64,000 bases of DNA from an uncultured Fidelibacterota bacterium (GCA_902525615.1 CABZHT010000003.1:37906-101905), one strand, 5' to 3'. Numbered from the stretch's first letter, positions 8,348 through 18,309 are shown. Made by a program: numbers and translations. Notes: generated from the letters alone by a model not told the origin.

Positions 8348-10662
8348 AAGACAAGTTAAAGATTCAAATTATTGGTTGGTTATTATTGATCATTTCTTTA
8401 TTGATTACTGGTTCAATGATTGGTTATGATTTGACTGAAGAGCCAACGCTTGTAGCACAAAAAATTAATAACCCATTCAATATACTGGGAGTATATATAG
8501 GATTTTATTTTATGAAATTGGGGTTTGGTTATGCGGCTCTATTAATCCCAATTATATTAGCAACGATTTCATTTTATTTGATTTCAAATTTTTCATTTAA
8601 TGTTTCAAGATTATTGCGATTTGAGATTCTATTACTGATTCTTCTATCTGTACTATTAGGTTTTTTTAGCAACATAAGCTATTTATCTGAATTTAAAGAG
8701 GTTCAAAATTTTGAAGATTCAGGGCTTTTAGGAGGCTTAATATTTAGTCTTATTTATGATTGGACTGGCTTTTATGGTTCAATTTTAATTCTCTTTTCTT
8801 CAATAGCTTTATTTTTAGTATCATTTTTCAAAATTGATTTATATAAATCTTTGAAAAATATACCAAGTAGTATAATTAATAAAATTTCTAAAGTAGAATT
8901 TGATTTCAAGAAAATTATACCTGACTTTAAAAAAGATAATGATAAAAAAGAAAGAGTCAAAATTATTGAAGATGATTCATTTCTTGAAAACATTAATGCT
9001 GAAGAAAGCATAGAATCTTTAAATCAGGTGATTGAAAAGGAAACTTCAGCTGAACCTGTTCAAGATACTGAAATTGATACAACTGCTGATAAACCTAGAG
9101 TTGAAGTAAATCAAGAAATAGATCAAAATGAAGAATTAGACCCAATTTCAATTGAAAAAGCAATTATTGAAAAAGAAGCAGAAATTGATGATCAAAGAAA
9201 TAAATCAATTTTAAAAGTTGAGTGGAAGTTTCCCTCAACAGATATTTTAGAATCATCAGATGAATCAAGCGAAGTAAATGAAGATGATATCAGAGATAGA
9301 TCAGAGCTACTTAAAAATTCTCTTTCAAATTTTGGTGTAGAAGGTTCATCGGGAGCAATCAAGACTGGCCCAATAATTACACTTTTTGAGATTTTACCTG
9401 CTGAAGGTGTAAGGGTTAATAAATTTGTTCAGCTTTCAGATGACATTGCTAGGGTGATGGAGGCACAGAGCGTAAGAGTTCTTGCTCCAATACCTGGTTC
9501 AAATCATGTTGGAGTTGAAATTCCAAATGTCAATCCTCAAACTATTTATTTAAAAAATGTAATTAATTCTGAAAAATATCTTAAATCTAAAGCCAAATTA
9601 AAACTAGCTATTGGAAAAGGAACTCTTGGAGACATATCCATTCTTGACCTTGTTGAAATGCCTCATTTACTTATTGCAGGAACAACAGGTTCAGGAAAGT
9701 CGGTTTCATTGAATACTATAATCGTTAGCCTACTTTATCAATTAAAACCTGAAGAAGTTAAATTTGTAATCATTGATCCTAAAAAGGTTGAAATGTCGCT
9801 TTATAGAGGACTTGAAAATCACTACTTATTAAAATTTAACGGCATTGATGAATCAATCATTACTAAGAAAGACAATGCAATTCTAGCATTAAGATCTCTT
9901 GAAAAAGAAATGGATTCAAGATATGATTTATTAGCTGAGGCTGGTAAAAGAAATATTTCTGAATACAATGATATGATGAAAAAATCTAAAAAAGATTTAA
10001 TGCCTTATATTGTTTTGATGATTGACGAACTTGCTGATTTGATGATGTATAGTCCAAGAGATGTTGAAGCACCTATTGCAAGATTAGCCCAGCTAGCTAG
10101 GGCTGTTGGTATTCACTTGATTGTTGCTACACAAAGACCATCTGTAGATGTAATTACAGGAGTTATAAAGGCTAATTTCCCAGCTAGAATTGCCTTTCAA
10201 GTTGCAACTAAAATTGACTCAAGAACTATCTTAGATGAAAATGGAGCAGATAAGCTTATTGGGAAAGGTGATATGTTGTATCAAAAACCGGGATCACCTG
10301 CGCCAGTTAGAATGCATGGTGCTTTTATAACTTTAAAAGAAATTGAAGATTTAGTTGCTCATATTTCATCTCAACCAAAACCAAGTGAAGTAATTATTGA
10401 AACTTATAAAGAAGAATCAAGTTCAATGGTTGATGGAGACGGTATTGATGACGATTTACTGCATAATGCAATTGAAATTATTGTTATGAGTAAGCAAGGT
10501 TCTATTTCATTATTACAAAGAAGATTATCGGTTGGTTATTCAAGAGCAGCAAGACTAATAGATGAGATGGAAAGACTAAAAATTGTTGGTCCGTTTACTG
10601 GAAGTAAGGCAAGAGAAGTATTAGTTGACGAATCTTATTTAGAAACAATTAATGAAGATTAG
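8344..10662 (+). CDS. ftsK: DNA translocase FtsK/SpoIIIE
   Basis: N-terminal TM helices and an acidic linker. Walker A GTTGSGKSV, Walker B VLMIDELADL, ATQRPSVDVITG, and a C-terminal gamma winged helix LLQRRLSVGYSRAARLIDEME. Confidence 0.93.
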   Translation: MKDKLKIQIIGWLLLIISLLITGSMIGYDLTEEPTLVAQKINNPFNILGVYIGFYFMKLGFGYAALLIPIILATISFYLISNFSFNVSRLLRFEILLLILLSVLLGFFSNISYLSEFKEVQNFEDSGLLGGLIFSLIYDWTGFYGSILILFSSIALFLVSFFKIDLYKSLKNIPSSIINKISKVEFDFKKIIPDFKKDNDKKERVKIIEDDSFLENINAEESIESLNQVIEKETSAEPVQDTEIDTTADKPRVEVNQEIDQNEELDPISIEKAIIEKEAEIDDQRNKSILKVEWKFPSTDILESSDESSEVNEDDIRDRSELLKNSLSNFGVEGSSGAIKTGPIITLFEILPAEGVRVNKFVQLSDDIARVMEAQSVRVLAPIPGSNHVGVEIPNVNPQTIYLKNVINSEKYLKSKAKLKLAIGKGTLGDISILDLVEMPHLLIAGTTGSGKSVSLNTIIVSLLYQLKPEEVKFVIIDPKKVEMSLYRGLENHYLLKFNGIDESIITKKDNAILALRSLEKEMDSRYDLLAEAGKRNISEYNDMMKKSKKDLMPYIVLMIDELADLMMYSPRDVEAPIARLAQLARAVGIHLIVATQRPSVDVITGVIKANFPARIAFQVATKIDSRTILDENGADKLIGKGDMLYQKPGSPAPVRMHGAFITLKEIEDLVAHISSQPKPSEVIIETYKEESSSMVDGDGIDDDLLHNAIEIIVMSKQGSISLLQRRLSVGYSRAARLIDEMERLKIVGPFTGSKAREVLVDESYLETINED

Positions 10663-11203
10663 CTTAATATTTTTTTTACTAACTACTTCGCTATTTAGTC
10701 AAAGTCAGGATACTCAGATTAAAAATTATTTCAATAGTTTAGATAATAAAACTATTATGCTTGAAATTTTCGAAAATCAATCAGTTTTTAATGCAAAAAT
10801 ATCATTAAATGATCCTAAAATTTATTTTGAAACTATTGAAGTAGATAGTACTGTATCATTGTTTGAAAACAATGTGATTACCTCTTACGATTTATCTAAA
10901 AAAAATATAATTATCGAAAATTCAGAAAAAAATATATTGGATTTTTTTTCATATAAAAATCTTGAAAATGCTTCTCTTATAAAAATTGAAATTGAAAATG
11001 AAAACTCAATTTATTATTATAATTTTTACAATAATATTTTATTAATTAGTTTTAATAATTCACAAAGCATGGTTAAAGAAATCAGTCTATTTCAAGCAGA
11101 AAATTCTATATTTCAATGTAAAATAGTTGATATTAATAAATACCAGAATCCTTTAAAATTTTTAAATATAGATGATTCGTGGACAACAATTGATTGGAGA
11201 TGA
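10652..11203 (+). CDS. Secreted hypothetical protein, possibly a LolA-like lipoprotein carrier
   Basis: Signal peptide MKISLIFFLLTTSLFSQ, about 180 aa, beta-rich. It sits directly after ftsK, where lolA lies in many genomes. No strong motif recognised. Confidence 0.35.
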   Translation: MKISLIFFLLTTSLFSQSQDTQIKNYFNSLDNKTIMLEIFENQSVFNAKISLNDPKIYFETIEVDSTVSLFENNVITSYDLSKKNIIIENSEKNILDFFSYKNLENASLIKIEIENENSIYYYNFYNNILLISFNNSQSMVKEISLFQAENSIFQCKIVDINKYQNPLKFLNIDDSWTTIDWR

Positions 11204-11757
11204 AATTGAAGTTTGACGCAATTTTTTTAGATAGAGATGGAACTATTAGTCATGATCCTTATGGGTACATAAATGATGTCAAAGATTATGATTTTTTTGA
11301 CTTTACTTTTGAAGCATTAGAACTATTGCATCAATACAGCGACAAATTTTTTATTGTTACAAACCAATCAGGACTTTCAACGGGTAAAATTGACATCGAT
11401 AATTTGGAAAGTATTCATGCCTACATTAATGATGAGTTCAGAAAAAGAAAACTACCTTTGAAAAATATTTATTTTGCTGATAATTACGATGAAGACTATT
11501 TCTCAATGAGAAAACCGGGAATAGGAATGTTTCAAAAAGCTTCAGAGGAATTTAATATCAATCTAGAAAATTCTTTGATGATTGGAGATTCAATTGTTGA
11601 TATGCAAGTTGGGAATAGGCTTAAAATGAAAACAATATTTTTATTAACTGGAATGGGAAATGATTATTTGAATGATGTTCAATCTACTTGCGATGTTGAT
11701 TTGGTATCTAATAATTTACTTGAAGCAGCAAAGGATATAAGATTAATATTGCAGTAA
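11194..11757 (+). CDS. HAD-IIIA family phosphatase (GmhB / D,D-heptose-1,7-bisphosphate phosphatase-like)
   Basis: HAD motifs FLDRDGTI, VTNQSG, RKPGIGMF, GDSIVDM. It lacks the Cys cluster of the Zn-binding GmhB loop, so substrate is uncertain. Confidence 0.65.
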   Translation: MEMKLKFDAIFLDRDGTISHDPYGYINDVKDYDFFDFTFEALELLHQYSDKFFIVTNQSGLSTGKIDIDNLESIHAYINDEFRKRKLPLKNIYFADNYDEDYFSMRKPGIGMFQKASEEFNINLENSLMIGDSIVDMQVGNRLKMKTIFLLTGMGNDYLNDVQSTCDVDLVSNNLLEAAKDIRLILQ

Positions 11758-12641
11758 TATCGGGAGGAAATTCAGAGGAGCGATTAGTTTCTATAAGAAC
11801 TGGTGAAGCTGTTGCTGAAGCTTGTAATCAATTAGGTTATAATACTTCAATATTTGTTCTGGATTCAGATTCAATTGATTTTATCTTAAATGATTTAAAA
11901 GCACATGATTTTGTCTTCATTGCATTGCATGGTTCTTTTGGTGAGGATGGAGTCATTCAATCAATTTTATTAAAAAATAATATTCCCTTTAACGGTTCAG
12001 GTGAAAAATCTTCTGAAAATTGCTTTGATAAATCTGTGACAAAAGAAATTGTTATGAATCAAGGAGTTTTATCCCCAAAATATTATCAAACTTCTTCAAA
12101 TACATGCAATGATTATCTTGATTTCAAGTCTGAAAAATATATTGTTAAACCGAATTCTCAAGGAAGCTCTGTTGGTTTTAATGTGATTGATAATTTTGAA
12201 AATTTAAATGATGCCATTGATATAGCTTTAGATTTTGACAATTCCGTATTAATTGAAGAGTTTATTGATGGAAGAGAAGTTACCGTTCCAATTTTGGGGA
12301 ATGAACCACTCCCTGTTATTGAAATTGAACCGAAATCTGGTATATATGATTACAAATCAAAATATACAGCCGGAGAATCAAAATATACTTGTCCTGCTGA
12401 TCTCACTATAGAAAAATATCAATTTGTGCAAGATTGCGCATTAAGTGTTCATAAGATGCTAAAATGTGATGTTTATTCAAGAGTTGACTTTAAATTTTAT
12501 GACGATAATTTCTATTTTTTAGAAATAAATACTCTTCCTGGAATGACTGAAACTAGTTTATTTCCTATGTCTGCTAAGAGACATGGATTTTCTTTTAAAG
12601 ATATAATTAATAAAATTATTAAATTGTCTTTACAAAAATGA
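11742..12641 (+). CDS. ddl: D-alanine--D-alanine ligase, probable non-canonical ATT start
   Basis: The ORF-track start (TTG at 11925) is the Leu of the conserved ALHGsFGEDG motif. The in-frame upstream 67 codons encode the Ddl N-domain (INIAVISGGNSEERLVSIRTGEAV...). There is no ATG/GTG/TTG after the in-frame stop at 11721-11723. ATT at 11742 lies 6 nt after AAGGA. ATP-grasp motifs occur downstream (FLEINTLPGMT). Confidence 0.85.
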   Translation: MNIAVISGGNSEERLVSIRTGEAVAEACNQLGYNTSIFVLDSDSIDFILNDLKAHDFVFIALHGSFGEDGVIQSILLKNNIPFNGSGEKSSENCFDKSVTKEIVMNQGVLSPKYYQTSSNTCNDYLDFKSEKYIVKPNSQGSSVGFNVIDNFENLNDAIDIALDFDNSVLIEEFIDGREVTVPILGNEPLPVIEIEPKSGIYDYKSKYTAGESKYTCPADLTIEKYQFVQDCALSVHKMLKCDVYSRVDFKFYDDNFYFLEINTLPGMTETSLFPMSAKRHGFSFKDIINKIIKLSLQK

Positions 12642-14011
12642 GCTTAAAATTATATAATTCACTTTCAAGTAAAAAAGAAGTCTTCAAATCAATTTCTGAT
12701 AAAAAAGTTAAAACTTATGGTTGCGGTCCAACAGTTTATAACGAACCTCACATAGGAAATTTTAGAACCTTTGTATTTTATGATTTATTAAACAGAGTTC
12801 TTAAGTTAAATGGTTATGAGACGGAAACTGCAGTTAATATAACTGATATTGATGACAAGATTATTGATAGAGTTAATCAGGAGAATACTTCATTAAAGGA
12901 AATTACTTCAAAATATGAACTATCATTCCTGGAATTGTCAAAGTCCTTAAAAATTTTACCCAACAATCATAACCCAAGAGCAACAGAATATGTAGAAGAA
13001 ATGATCGAATTCATTCAAGCTTTAATAAATCAAGATTTAGCCTATGAAATGAACGGAAATATTTTTTTTGATATAGAAGCTTATCCAAAATATGGAAAAT
13101 TTGTAAACATTAGCGATGATCTTGAAATAGAAGATAATGAATTATCAAAAAAAAATCGTAATGATTTTACATTATGGAAGGCAAAGAAGGACTCAGATGG
13201 TGATATTTTCTGGAACAGCGAGTGGGGCAAGGGAAGGCCTGGATGGCATACTGAATGCGCTGTAATGATCAAGACCCTTTTTGATGGTCGTCTTGACATA
13301 CATTGCGGAGGAATAGATCTAAAATTTCCTCATCACGAAAATGAGAGTGCTCAAATTGAAGCTATTCAGAAACATAATCTATCTAATTATTGGCTTCATG
13401 CTGAACATTTGAATATGGACGATGAAAAGATGAGTAAGTCATTAGGCAACTTTATTGATGTAAGTACTCTCATAGAAAAAAATGGTTCGGATGTAGTTAG
13501 ATTGTTTCTACTTTCTGCACATTATAGAACTAAGGTATCTTTCAGTCAAAAAAAATTAGATGAATGCAAAAAAATGATTGAAAAAATTAAAAGATTTGCA
13601 AAAAACTTCAATATTGATAGCAAAAATATTGAACTAAAATTTTCAAGTGAACATAAATTATTTATTGATGCTCTTAATGATGATTTAAATACTCCAGGAG
13701 CGATTGGAGTTTTCTTTAGTTTTATATCAGAAATGAATAAAAAAATTGCAGAAAACTCAATAAATGATGCAGATAAAGAAAAATCTTTAGTTTTTTTAAA
13801 ATTATTTAATTCAATTTTTGATATTTTAGATTTTAACAATTTACATGATCAAAATATTCCAAAAGAGTTACAAGATTTACTTTTTTCTCGTCGAGAAGCA
13901 AGAAAAAATCTAGATTGGAAATTGTCTGATTCAATTAGAGATAAAATTGAGTCTTTAGGCTGGCAGGTTGAGGATACTTCCAGCGGTCAAAACCTCTCTA
14001 AAAAGAAATAA
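12638..14011 (+). CDS. cysS: Cysteine--tRNA ligase
   Basis: HIGN and KMSKS class-I signatures, WHTECA zinc/cysteine pocket; 457 aa. Confidence 0.93.
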   Translation: MSLKLYNSLSSKKEVFKSISDKKVKTYGCGPTVYNEPHIGNFRTFVFYDLLNRVLKLNGYETETAVNITDIDDKIIDRVNQENTSLKEITSKYELSFLELSKSLKILPNNHNPRATEYVEEMIEFIQALINQDLAYEMNGNIFFDIEAYPKYGKFVNISDDLEIEDNELSKKNRNDFTLWKAKKDSDGDIFWNSEWGKGRPGWHTECAVMIKTLFDGRLDIHCGGIDLKFPHHENESAQIEAIQKHNLSNYWLHAEHLNMDDEKMSKSLGNFIDVSTLIEKNGSDVVRLFLLSAHYRTKVSFSQKKLDECKKMIEKIKRFAKNFNIDSKNIELKFSSEHKLFIDALNDDLNTPGAIGVFFSFISEMNKKIAENSINDADKEKSLVFLKLFNSIFDILDFNNLHDQNIPKELQDLLFSRREARKNLDWKLSDSIRDKIESLGWQVEDTSSGQNLSKKK

Positions 14012-14012
14012 T

Positions 14013-14047
14013 TTGTTTTCCTGATAAATCTTCTTATATTTCGTCGC
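14013..14047 (+). promoter_or_regulatory. Putative sigma70-type promoter of the tRNA-tuf unit: TTGTTT-N16-TATATT followed by the GC-rich discriminator TCGTCGC
   Basis: Read by eye. The core TAAATCT..TATATTTCG(T/A)CGC recurs upstream of tRNA-Cys (61565-61587), and a related TATATTCGCC recurs upstream of rpsL. It lies 31 nt before tRNA-Thr. Confidence 0.5.
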
Positions 14048-14078
14048 TTTTGCCTACGCGTGCGTGTATACATACATT

Positions 14079-14151
14079 GCCGGTGTAGCTCAGTTGGTAG
14101 AGCAGCTGATTTGTAATCAGCGGGTCGGGGGTTCAAATCCTCTCGCCGGCT
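14079..14151 (+). tRNA. tRNA-Thr (anticodon TGT)
   Basis: Cloverleaf by eye: acceptor GCCGGTG/CGCCGGC, D arm GCTCAGTTGGTAGAGC, anticodon loop TTTGTAA, T loop TTCAAAT. No encoded CCA. Confidence 0.9.
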
Positions 14152-14226
14152 CAGTTTTTAAGGGTAAAAAGCAAGGTATTTGAAAATTTTTTTTGATCTT
14201 ACTATCAGGATAGAGTTTAGGATTTC

Positions 14227-14309
14227 GGGCAAATGGCCGAGTGGTTAAAGGCAGCAGACTGTAAATCTGCCGACGTAAGTCTACGGAGGTTCGAATCCTT
14301 CTTTGCCCA
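14227..14309 (+). tRNA. tRNA-Tyr (anticodon GTA), long variable arm
   Basis: Acceptor GGGCAAA/TTTGCCC, anticodon stem-loop GCAGACTGTAAATCTGC, long variable arm, T arm GGAGGTTCGAATCCTTC. Confidence 0.9.
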
Positions 14310-14317
14310 CATGATTT

Positions 14318-14390
14318 GCGAGTGTAGCTCAGTTGGTAGAGCATCAGCCTTCCAAGCTGAGGGTCGCGCGTTCGAATCGCGTCACTCGCT
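14318..14390 (+). tRNA. tRNA-Gly (anticodon TCC)
   Basis: Acceptor GCGAGTG/CACTCGC, anticodon stem-loop TCAGCCTTCCAAGCTGA, T arm GCGCGTTCGAATCGCGT. Confidence 0.9.
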
Positions 14391-14398
14391 CAATAATT

Positions 14399-14471
14399 GC
14401 CTGCGTAGCTCAGTAGGTAGAGCACTTCGTTGGTAACGAAGAGGTCACCGGTTCAATCCCGGTCGTAGGCT
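14399..14471 (+). tRNA. tRNA-Thr (anticodon GGT)
   Basis: Acceptor GCCTGCG/CGTAGGC, anticodon stem-loop CTTCGTTGGTAACGAAG, T arm ACCGGTTCAATCCCGGT. Completes the classic Thr-Tyr-Gly-Thr-tuf arrangement. Confidence 0.9.
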
Positions 14472-14513
14472 CAAAAAAATAAAAATAATTGTTAAATACA
14501 AGGAGATAACAAA

Positions 14514-15707
14514 ATGGCTAAAGAAACATTTGTTAGAAATAAGCCTCACTGTAATATCGGTACTATAGGTCACGTTGACCATGGTAAGACTACTTTGACT
14601 GCTGCTATTACGCAAACCCAGTCTAATCTAGGTTTAGCAGCTAAACGTGATTTTGACACTATTGATAATGCACCTGAGGAAAAAGAAAGAGGTATTACAA
14701 TTTCAACTTCACATGTTGAATATGAGACAGCTAACCGCCACTATGCGCACGTTGACTGTCCTGGTCACGCCGACTACATTAAAAACATGATTACAGGAGC
14801 AGCTCAAATGGATGGAGCTATTCTTGTTGTTAGTGCAGCTGATGGTCCTATGCCTCAAACAAGAGAACACGTATTGCTTGCTCGTCAGGTAAACGTTCCA
14901 AGTATCGTTGTTTTCATGAATAAGGTTGACCAAGTTGACGATCCTGAATTGTTAGAATTGGTAGAGATGGAATTAAGAGATCTTTTAAGCGAATACAAAT
15001 TCGATGGTGATAATACTCCAATCGTTCAAGGTAGTGCCTTAAAAGCTCTTGAAAATCCTAATGATGCTGAAGCGGTAAAATGTATTGCTGAGCTAATGGA
15101 AGCTTGTGATTCATTTATCCCACAGCCAGAACGTGCAATTGATAAACCATTCTTAATGCCTGTTGAGGATGTTTTCAGTATTACTGGTAGAGGTACTGTT
15201 GGTACTGGAAGAATCGAATCAGGTAAAATTAAAATTGGTGAAGAAGTAGAAGTTGTTGGTCTAGATAACAAAATCGGTACAACAACAATTACTGGTGTTG
15301 AAATGTTCCAAAAAACTCTTGATGAAGGTGAAGCTGGTGATAATGCCGGTCTTTTATTAAGAGGTGTTGAAAAAGAAGACCTTAAAAGAGGTGTTGTTTT
15401 AGCAGCTAAAGGTTCAATCACACCACATACCAAGTTCAAAGCAAACGTTTATGTTTTGAAAAAAGAAGAAGGTGGAAGACATACTCCATTTTTCAATAAC
15501 TATAGACCACAGTTTTACTTCAGAACAACTGATGTAACTGGTGTGGTTACTTTACCTGAAGGTACTGAAATGGTTATGCCTGGAGATAATGTTGAAATGA
15601 ACGTTGAACTAATTACACCGATTGCTATGGATCAAGAGCTAAGATTCGCTATTAGAGAAGGTGGACACACTGTAGGAGCTGGAGTAGTAACTACTGTAGT
15701 TGACTAA
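14514..15707 (+). CDS. tuf: Elongation factor Tu
   Basis: [29 protein letters not shown]; 397 aa. AAGGAG sits 8 nt upstream of the ATG. Confidence 0.98.
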   Translation: MAKETFVRNKPHCNIGTIGHVDHGKTTLTAAITQTQSNLGLAAKRDFDTIDNAPEEKERGITISTSHVEYETANRHYAHVDCPGHADYIKNMITGAAQMDGAILVVSAADGPMPQTREHVLLARQVNVPSIVVFMNKVDQVDDPELLELVEMELRDLLSEYKFDGDNTPIVQGSALKALENPNDAEAVKCIAELMEACDSFIPQPERAIDKPFLMPVEDVFSITGRGTVGTGRIESGKIKIGEEVEVVGLDNKIGTTTITGVEMFQKTLDEGEAGDNAGLLLRGVEKEDLKRGVVLAAKGSITPHTKFKANVYVLKKEEGGRHTPFFNNYRPQFYFRTTDVTGVVTLPEGTEMVMPGDNVEMNVELITPIAMDQELRFAIREGGHTVGAGVVTTVVD

Positions 15708-15871
15708 TGGCTGGTAATAGCAAAAGAGCAATTGTAAGACTTGAGAGTACTGCAGGGACAGGGTATCGTTATACTGTTACTAAAAATAAGAGTAAACATC
15801 CCGACAAACTTGAATATAAAAAGTTTGACCCTGTAGCTCGCAAGCATGTTCTTTTTAAAGAAATTAAATAG
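15707..15871 (+). CDS. rpmG: 50S ribosomal protein L33 (absent from the ORF track, 54 aa)
   Basis: The ATG shares its A with the tuf TAA (TAATG). Translation: [54 protein letters not shown], a Cys-less L33 like the E. coli type. Confidence 0.9.
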   Translation: MAGNSKRAIVRLESTAGTGYRYTVTKNKSKHPDKLEYKKFDPVARKHVLFKEIK

Positions 15872-15876
15872 CATAT

Positions 15877-15949
15877 AGGTGAGTAGCTCAATTGGTAGAG
15901 CATCGGTCTCCAAAACCGGGGGTTGCGGGTTCAATTCCTGCCTCACCTG
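15877..15949 (+). tRNA. tRNA-Trp (anticodon CCA)
   Basis: Acceptor AGGTGAG/CTCACCT, anticodon stem-loop TCGGTCTCCAAAACCGG, T arm GCGGGTTCAATTCCTGC. Conserved position before secE. Confidence 0.9.
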
Positions 15950-15965
15950 CGACAAAGGATAGAGA

Positions 15966-16148
15966 ATGTTTGAAAGAATAAAAGATTTTTTAAATCAGGT
16001 TTACTTGGAAATGAACAAGGTTTCATGGCCATCCTATAATGAGTTAAGAGGATCCACTTATTTAATTATTGTCTTTTTTCTTTTATTTGTTCTTTTTTTG
16101 TTTGGGATTGATTGGGCAATTCAAAGATTTATGAGAGTGTTGATATGA
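15966..16148 (+). CDS. secE: Preprotein translocase subunit SecE
   Basis: 60 aa; KDFLNQVYLEMNKVSWPS followed by a single TM helix; between tRNA-Trp and nusG. Confidence 0.88.
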   Translation: MFERIKDFLNQVYLEMNKVSWPSYNELRGSTYLIIVFFLLFVLFLFGIDWAIQRFMRVLI

Positions 16149-16678
16149 ATTGGTATAGTTTAAGAGTGATTTCAGGTAAAGAAAATAAGGTGAAAGATAC
16201 TATTTTCAGAGAACTTGATTTTGAAAAAGACTTAAAAGCTAATGTTGAGGAAATTTTAATCCCAACTGAAAACATAGTTGATATCAAAAATGGTAAGAAG
16301 ACTGTGAAAGAAAAGAGCTTATTGCCTGGATACATTTTAGTTAAAATGATTATGAATAATGAAACAAAATTTTTTATTGAAAGCGTTGATGGCGTTATGA
16401 GTTTTGTCGGTCCAAAAGGAAGTCCTCAACCTGTAACTGAAGTTGAAATGTCTCGTTATCTTGTTTCTTCTGATGGCGATGAGCTTTCTACTGAAGATAT
16501 AGATGATATTCCATTTAAAGTTGGAGATTCTGTGAAAGTTATTGATGGACCATTTAAAGAATTTAATGGCCTTGTTCAAGAGATAAATGATAGAAATAGA
16601 ATTAAAGTAAATGTTAATATTTTTGGAAGACCTACTCCTATTGAGTTGGGTGTAAACCAAATTTTAAGTGAAAGTTAA
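16145..16678 (+). CDS. nusG: Transcription termination/antitermination factor NusG
   Basis: Start trimmed to [16 protein letters not shown] (ATGA overlap with secE). KOW motif [24 protein letters not shown]. Confidence 0.93.
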   Translation: MNWYSLRVISGKENKVKDTIFRELDFEKDLKANVEEILIPTENIVDIKNGKKTVKEKSLLPGYILVKMIMNNETKFFIESVDGVMSFVGPKGSPQPVTEVEMSRYLVSSDGDELSTEDIDDIPFKVGDSVKVIDGPFKEFNGLVQEINDRNRIKVNVNIFGRPTPIELGVNQILSES

Positions 16679-16680
16679 AA

Positions 16681-17109
16681 ATGGCTGAAAAAGAAAAAAC
16701 TGGTTTAATTAAATTGCAAATCGCAGCTGGACAGGCTAATCCAGCCCCACCTGTTGGTCCTGCACTTGGTCAGCATGGTGTAAACATTATGGATTTTTGT
16801 AATGCATTCAATGATGCAACTAAAGAATTACAGGGAATGTTAACCCCAGTAATTATTACTGTTTATAAAGATAGATCTTTTACATTTGAAACCAAATCTC
16901 CACCTGCATCGACTCTTATTATGAAAGAATTAAAAATGAAAAAAGGTTCACAAGAGCCAAATAAAGACAAAGTTGGAACTATTAATATGGCTCAGTGTAA
17001 AAAAATCGCTGAAATTAAAATGAAAGATTTAAATGCTCACACATTAGATCAAGCCGCAGAAATGATTGCTGGAACTGCTGTTAGTATGGGAATTGAGGTC
17101 GAAAAATGA
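16681..17109 (+). CDS. rplK: 50S ribosomal protein L11
   Basis: [22 protein letters not shown] hallmark; 142 aa. Confidence 0.97.
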   Translation: MAEKEKTGLIKLQIAAGQANPAPPVGPALGQHGVNIMDFCNAFNDATKELQGMLTPVIITVYKDRSFTFETKSPPASTLIMKELKMKKGSQEPNKDKVGTINMAQCKKIAEIKMKDLNAHTLDQAAEMIAGTAVSMGIEVEK

Positions 17110-17786
17110 AAGTAACTAAATTTTCAAAATCAGTAAATGAAACATTAGATTCTTCAAAGCTATACAGCACAGAAGAAGCTATTAATATGTTGATGAGTTT
17201 TAAAAGAGAATCATTTAATGAGTCAGTCGACGTTGCTTTCAACTTAGGGGTAGATCCAAAACATGCTGAAGAAAATATAAGATTAAGTATTAATCTACCT
17301 CATGGAATTGGAAAAGAGGTTTCAGTATTGGCAATAGTAAATGCAGATAAAGAGGCAGAGGCAAAAGATGCTGGTGCTGATTTTGTAGGTAAAGATGAAT
17401 TTCTTGATAAGATTAAAGCTGGCTGGACTGATGTTGATAAAATTGTAGTTACACCAGATCTTATGGTTGAATTAGGTAAGCTAGGTAAGGTTCTTGGACC
17501 CAAAGGTTTAATGCCAAATCCTAAATCTGGTACAGTAACAAATGATGTTGCAAAAGCCATCAATGAGCTTAAAGCTGGTAAACTTGATGCTAGAGTTGAA
17601 AAAAATGGTATTTTACAATCTTCGATTGGTAAAACATCATTTACAGAAGAGCAATTAAAGGAAAATTTTAATACTCTTCAAAGTGCTGTCATGTCAGCAA
17701 AACCAAATTCATTTAAAGGTAAGTACTTAAAGTCTATTAGCATTTCTTCAACTTTAGGTCCAGGAATTAAGATAGGAACAGAATAA
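17106..17786 (+). CDS. rplA: 50S ribosomal protein L1
   Basis: [32 protein letters not shown]; 226 aa. Confidence 0.97.
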   Translation: MKVTKFSKSVNETLDSSKLYSTEEAINMLMSFKRESFNESVDVAFNLGVDPKHAEENIRLSINLPHGIGKEVSVLAIVNADKEAEAKDAGADFVGKDEFLDKIKAGWTDVDKIVVTPDLMVELGKLGKVLGPKGLMPNPKSGTVTNDVAKAINELKAGKLDARVEKNGILQSSIGKTSFTEEQLKENFNTLQSAVMSAKPNSFKGKYLKSISISSTLGPGIKIGTE

Positions 17787-17788
17787 TT

Positions 17789-18304
17789 ATGCCAAGTAAT
17801 AAAAATTTAGAAGCCGTTAAAAATTTAACTGAAAAATTAGATAAGGCTAATGCTATCTATTTCACAGATTATCTTGGATTAGACGTAGTGAGCATTACCA
17901 AACTGAGAAAAGAATTTGTATCAATCGATGTAGAATTTACTATTGCAAAGAATACGTTAATAAAACTTGCTGCTAAAGATGTTGGTATGGAAGGATTAGA
18001 TGATTTTTTGAATGGTCCAACCGCTATAGCATTAAGTTATAATGATCCAACAGATCCTGCAAAAGTAATAAAGAATTTTTTAAAAGATTTTGATAAGCCT
18101 GCTGTAAAAGGTATGATATTAGATGGACAGGTGTTTCAAGGAGAGGAGTTTGAAAAAATTTCAAATCTTCCTTCTAAAGAACAGTTATTGTCCAAACTTG
18201 TTGGAATGTTAAATTCTCCAATGTCTAAGCTTAGCAGTACATTAGGTAGTCCTGTATCTGGCTTATTAGGAGCACTTGAACAATTAAACTCAAAGAAAGG
18301 GTAG
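17789..18304 (+). CDS. rplJ: 50S ribosomal protein L10
   Basis: 171 aa; L10-like N-terminus and operon position between rplA and rplL. Confidence 0.93.
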   Translation: MPSNKNLEAVKNLTEKLDKANAIYFTDYLGLDVVSITKLRKEFVSIDVEFTIAKNTLIKLAAKDVGMEGLDDFLNGPTAIALSYNDPTDPAKVIKNFLKDFDKPAVKGMILDGQVFQGEEFEKISNLPSKEQLLSKLVGMLNSPMSKLSSTLGSPVSGLLGALEQLNSKKG

Positions 18305-18309
18305 TTAAA

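Noticed and set aside
11724-11927. Interpretation of ddl (and likewise uvrC at 55408-55611) as 5'-truncated pseudogenes or frameshifted fusions
   Set aside because: The upstream conserved domains are in the same frame with no internal stops, have SD-like motifs at appropriate spacing to ATT, and give full normal protein lengths of 299 and 592 aa.
14117-14436. ORF-track entries 14117-14344 (-) and 14233-14436 (+)
   Set aside because: They are read straight through the tRNA Thr/Tyr/Gly/Thr genes. Peptides such as SSVGRA are just translated tRNA arms, so this is not coding sequence.
15026-15439. Long antisense or alternative-frame ORFs inside conserved genes. This one lies in tuf; others are 21757-22143 in rpoB, 31222-31572, 36501-36830, 41531-41887, 47139-47702 in pgk, and 60699-61247 in pmbA.
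   Set aside because: Each lies fully within a strongly supported housekeeping CDS. The products are low-complexity and match no family I recognise. I found no independent start or SD signals.
15704-15955. 83-aa minus-strand ORF after tuf
   Set aside because: It is antisense to the clearly recognisable rpmG (L33) and to tRNA-Trp, so it is an artefact.
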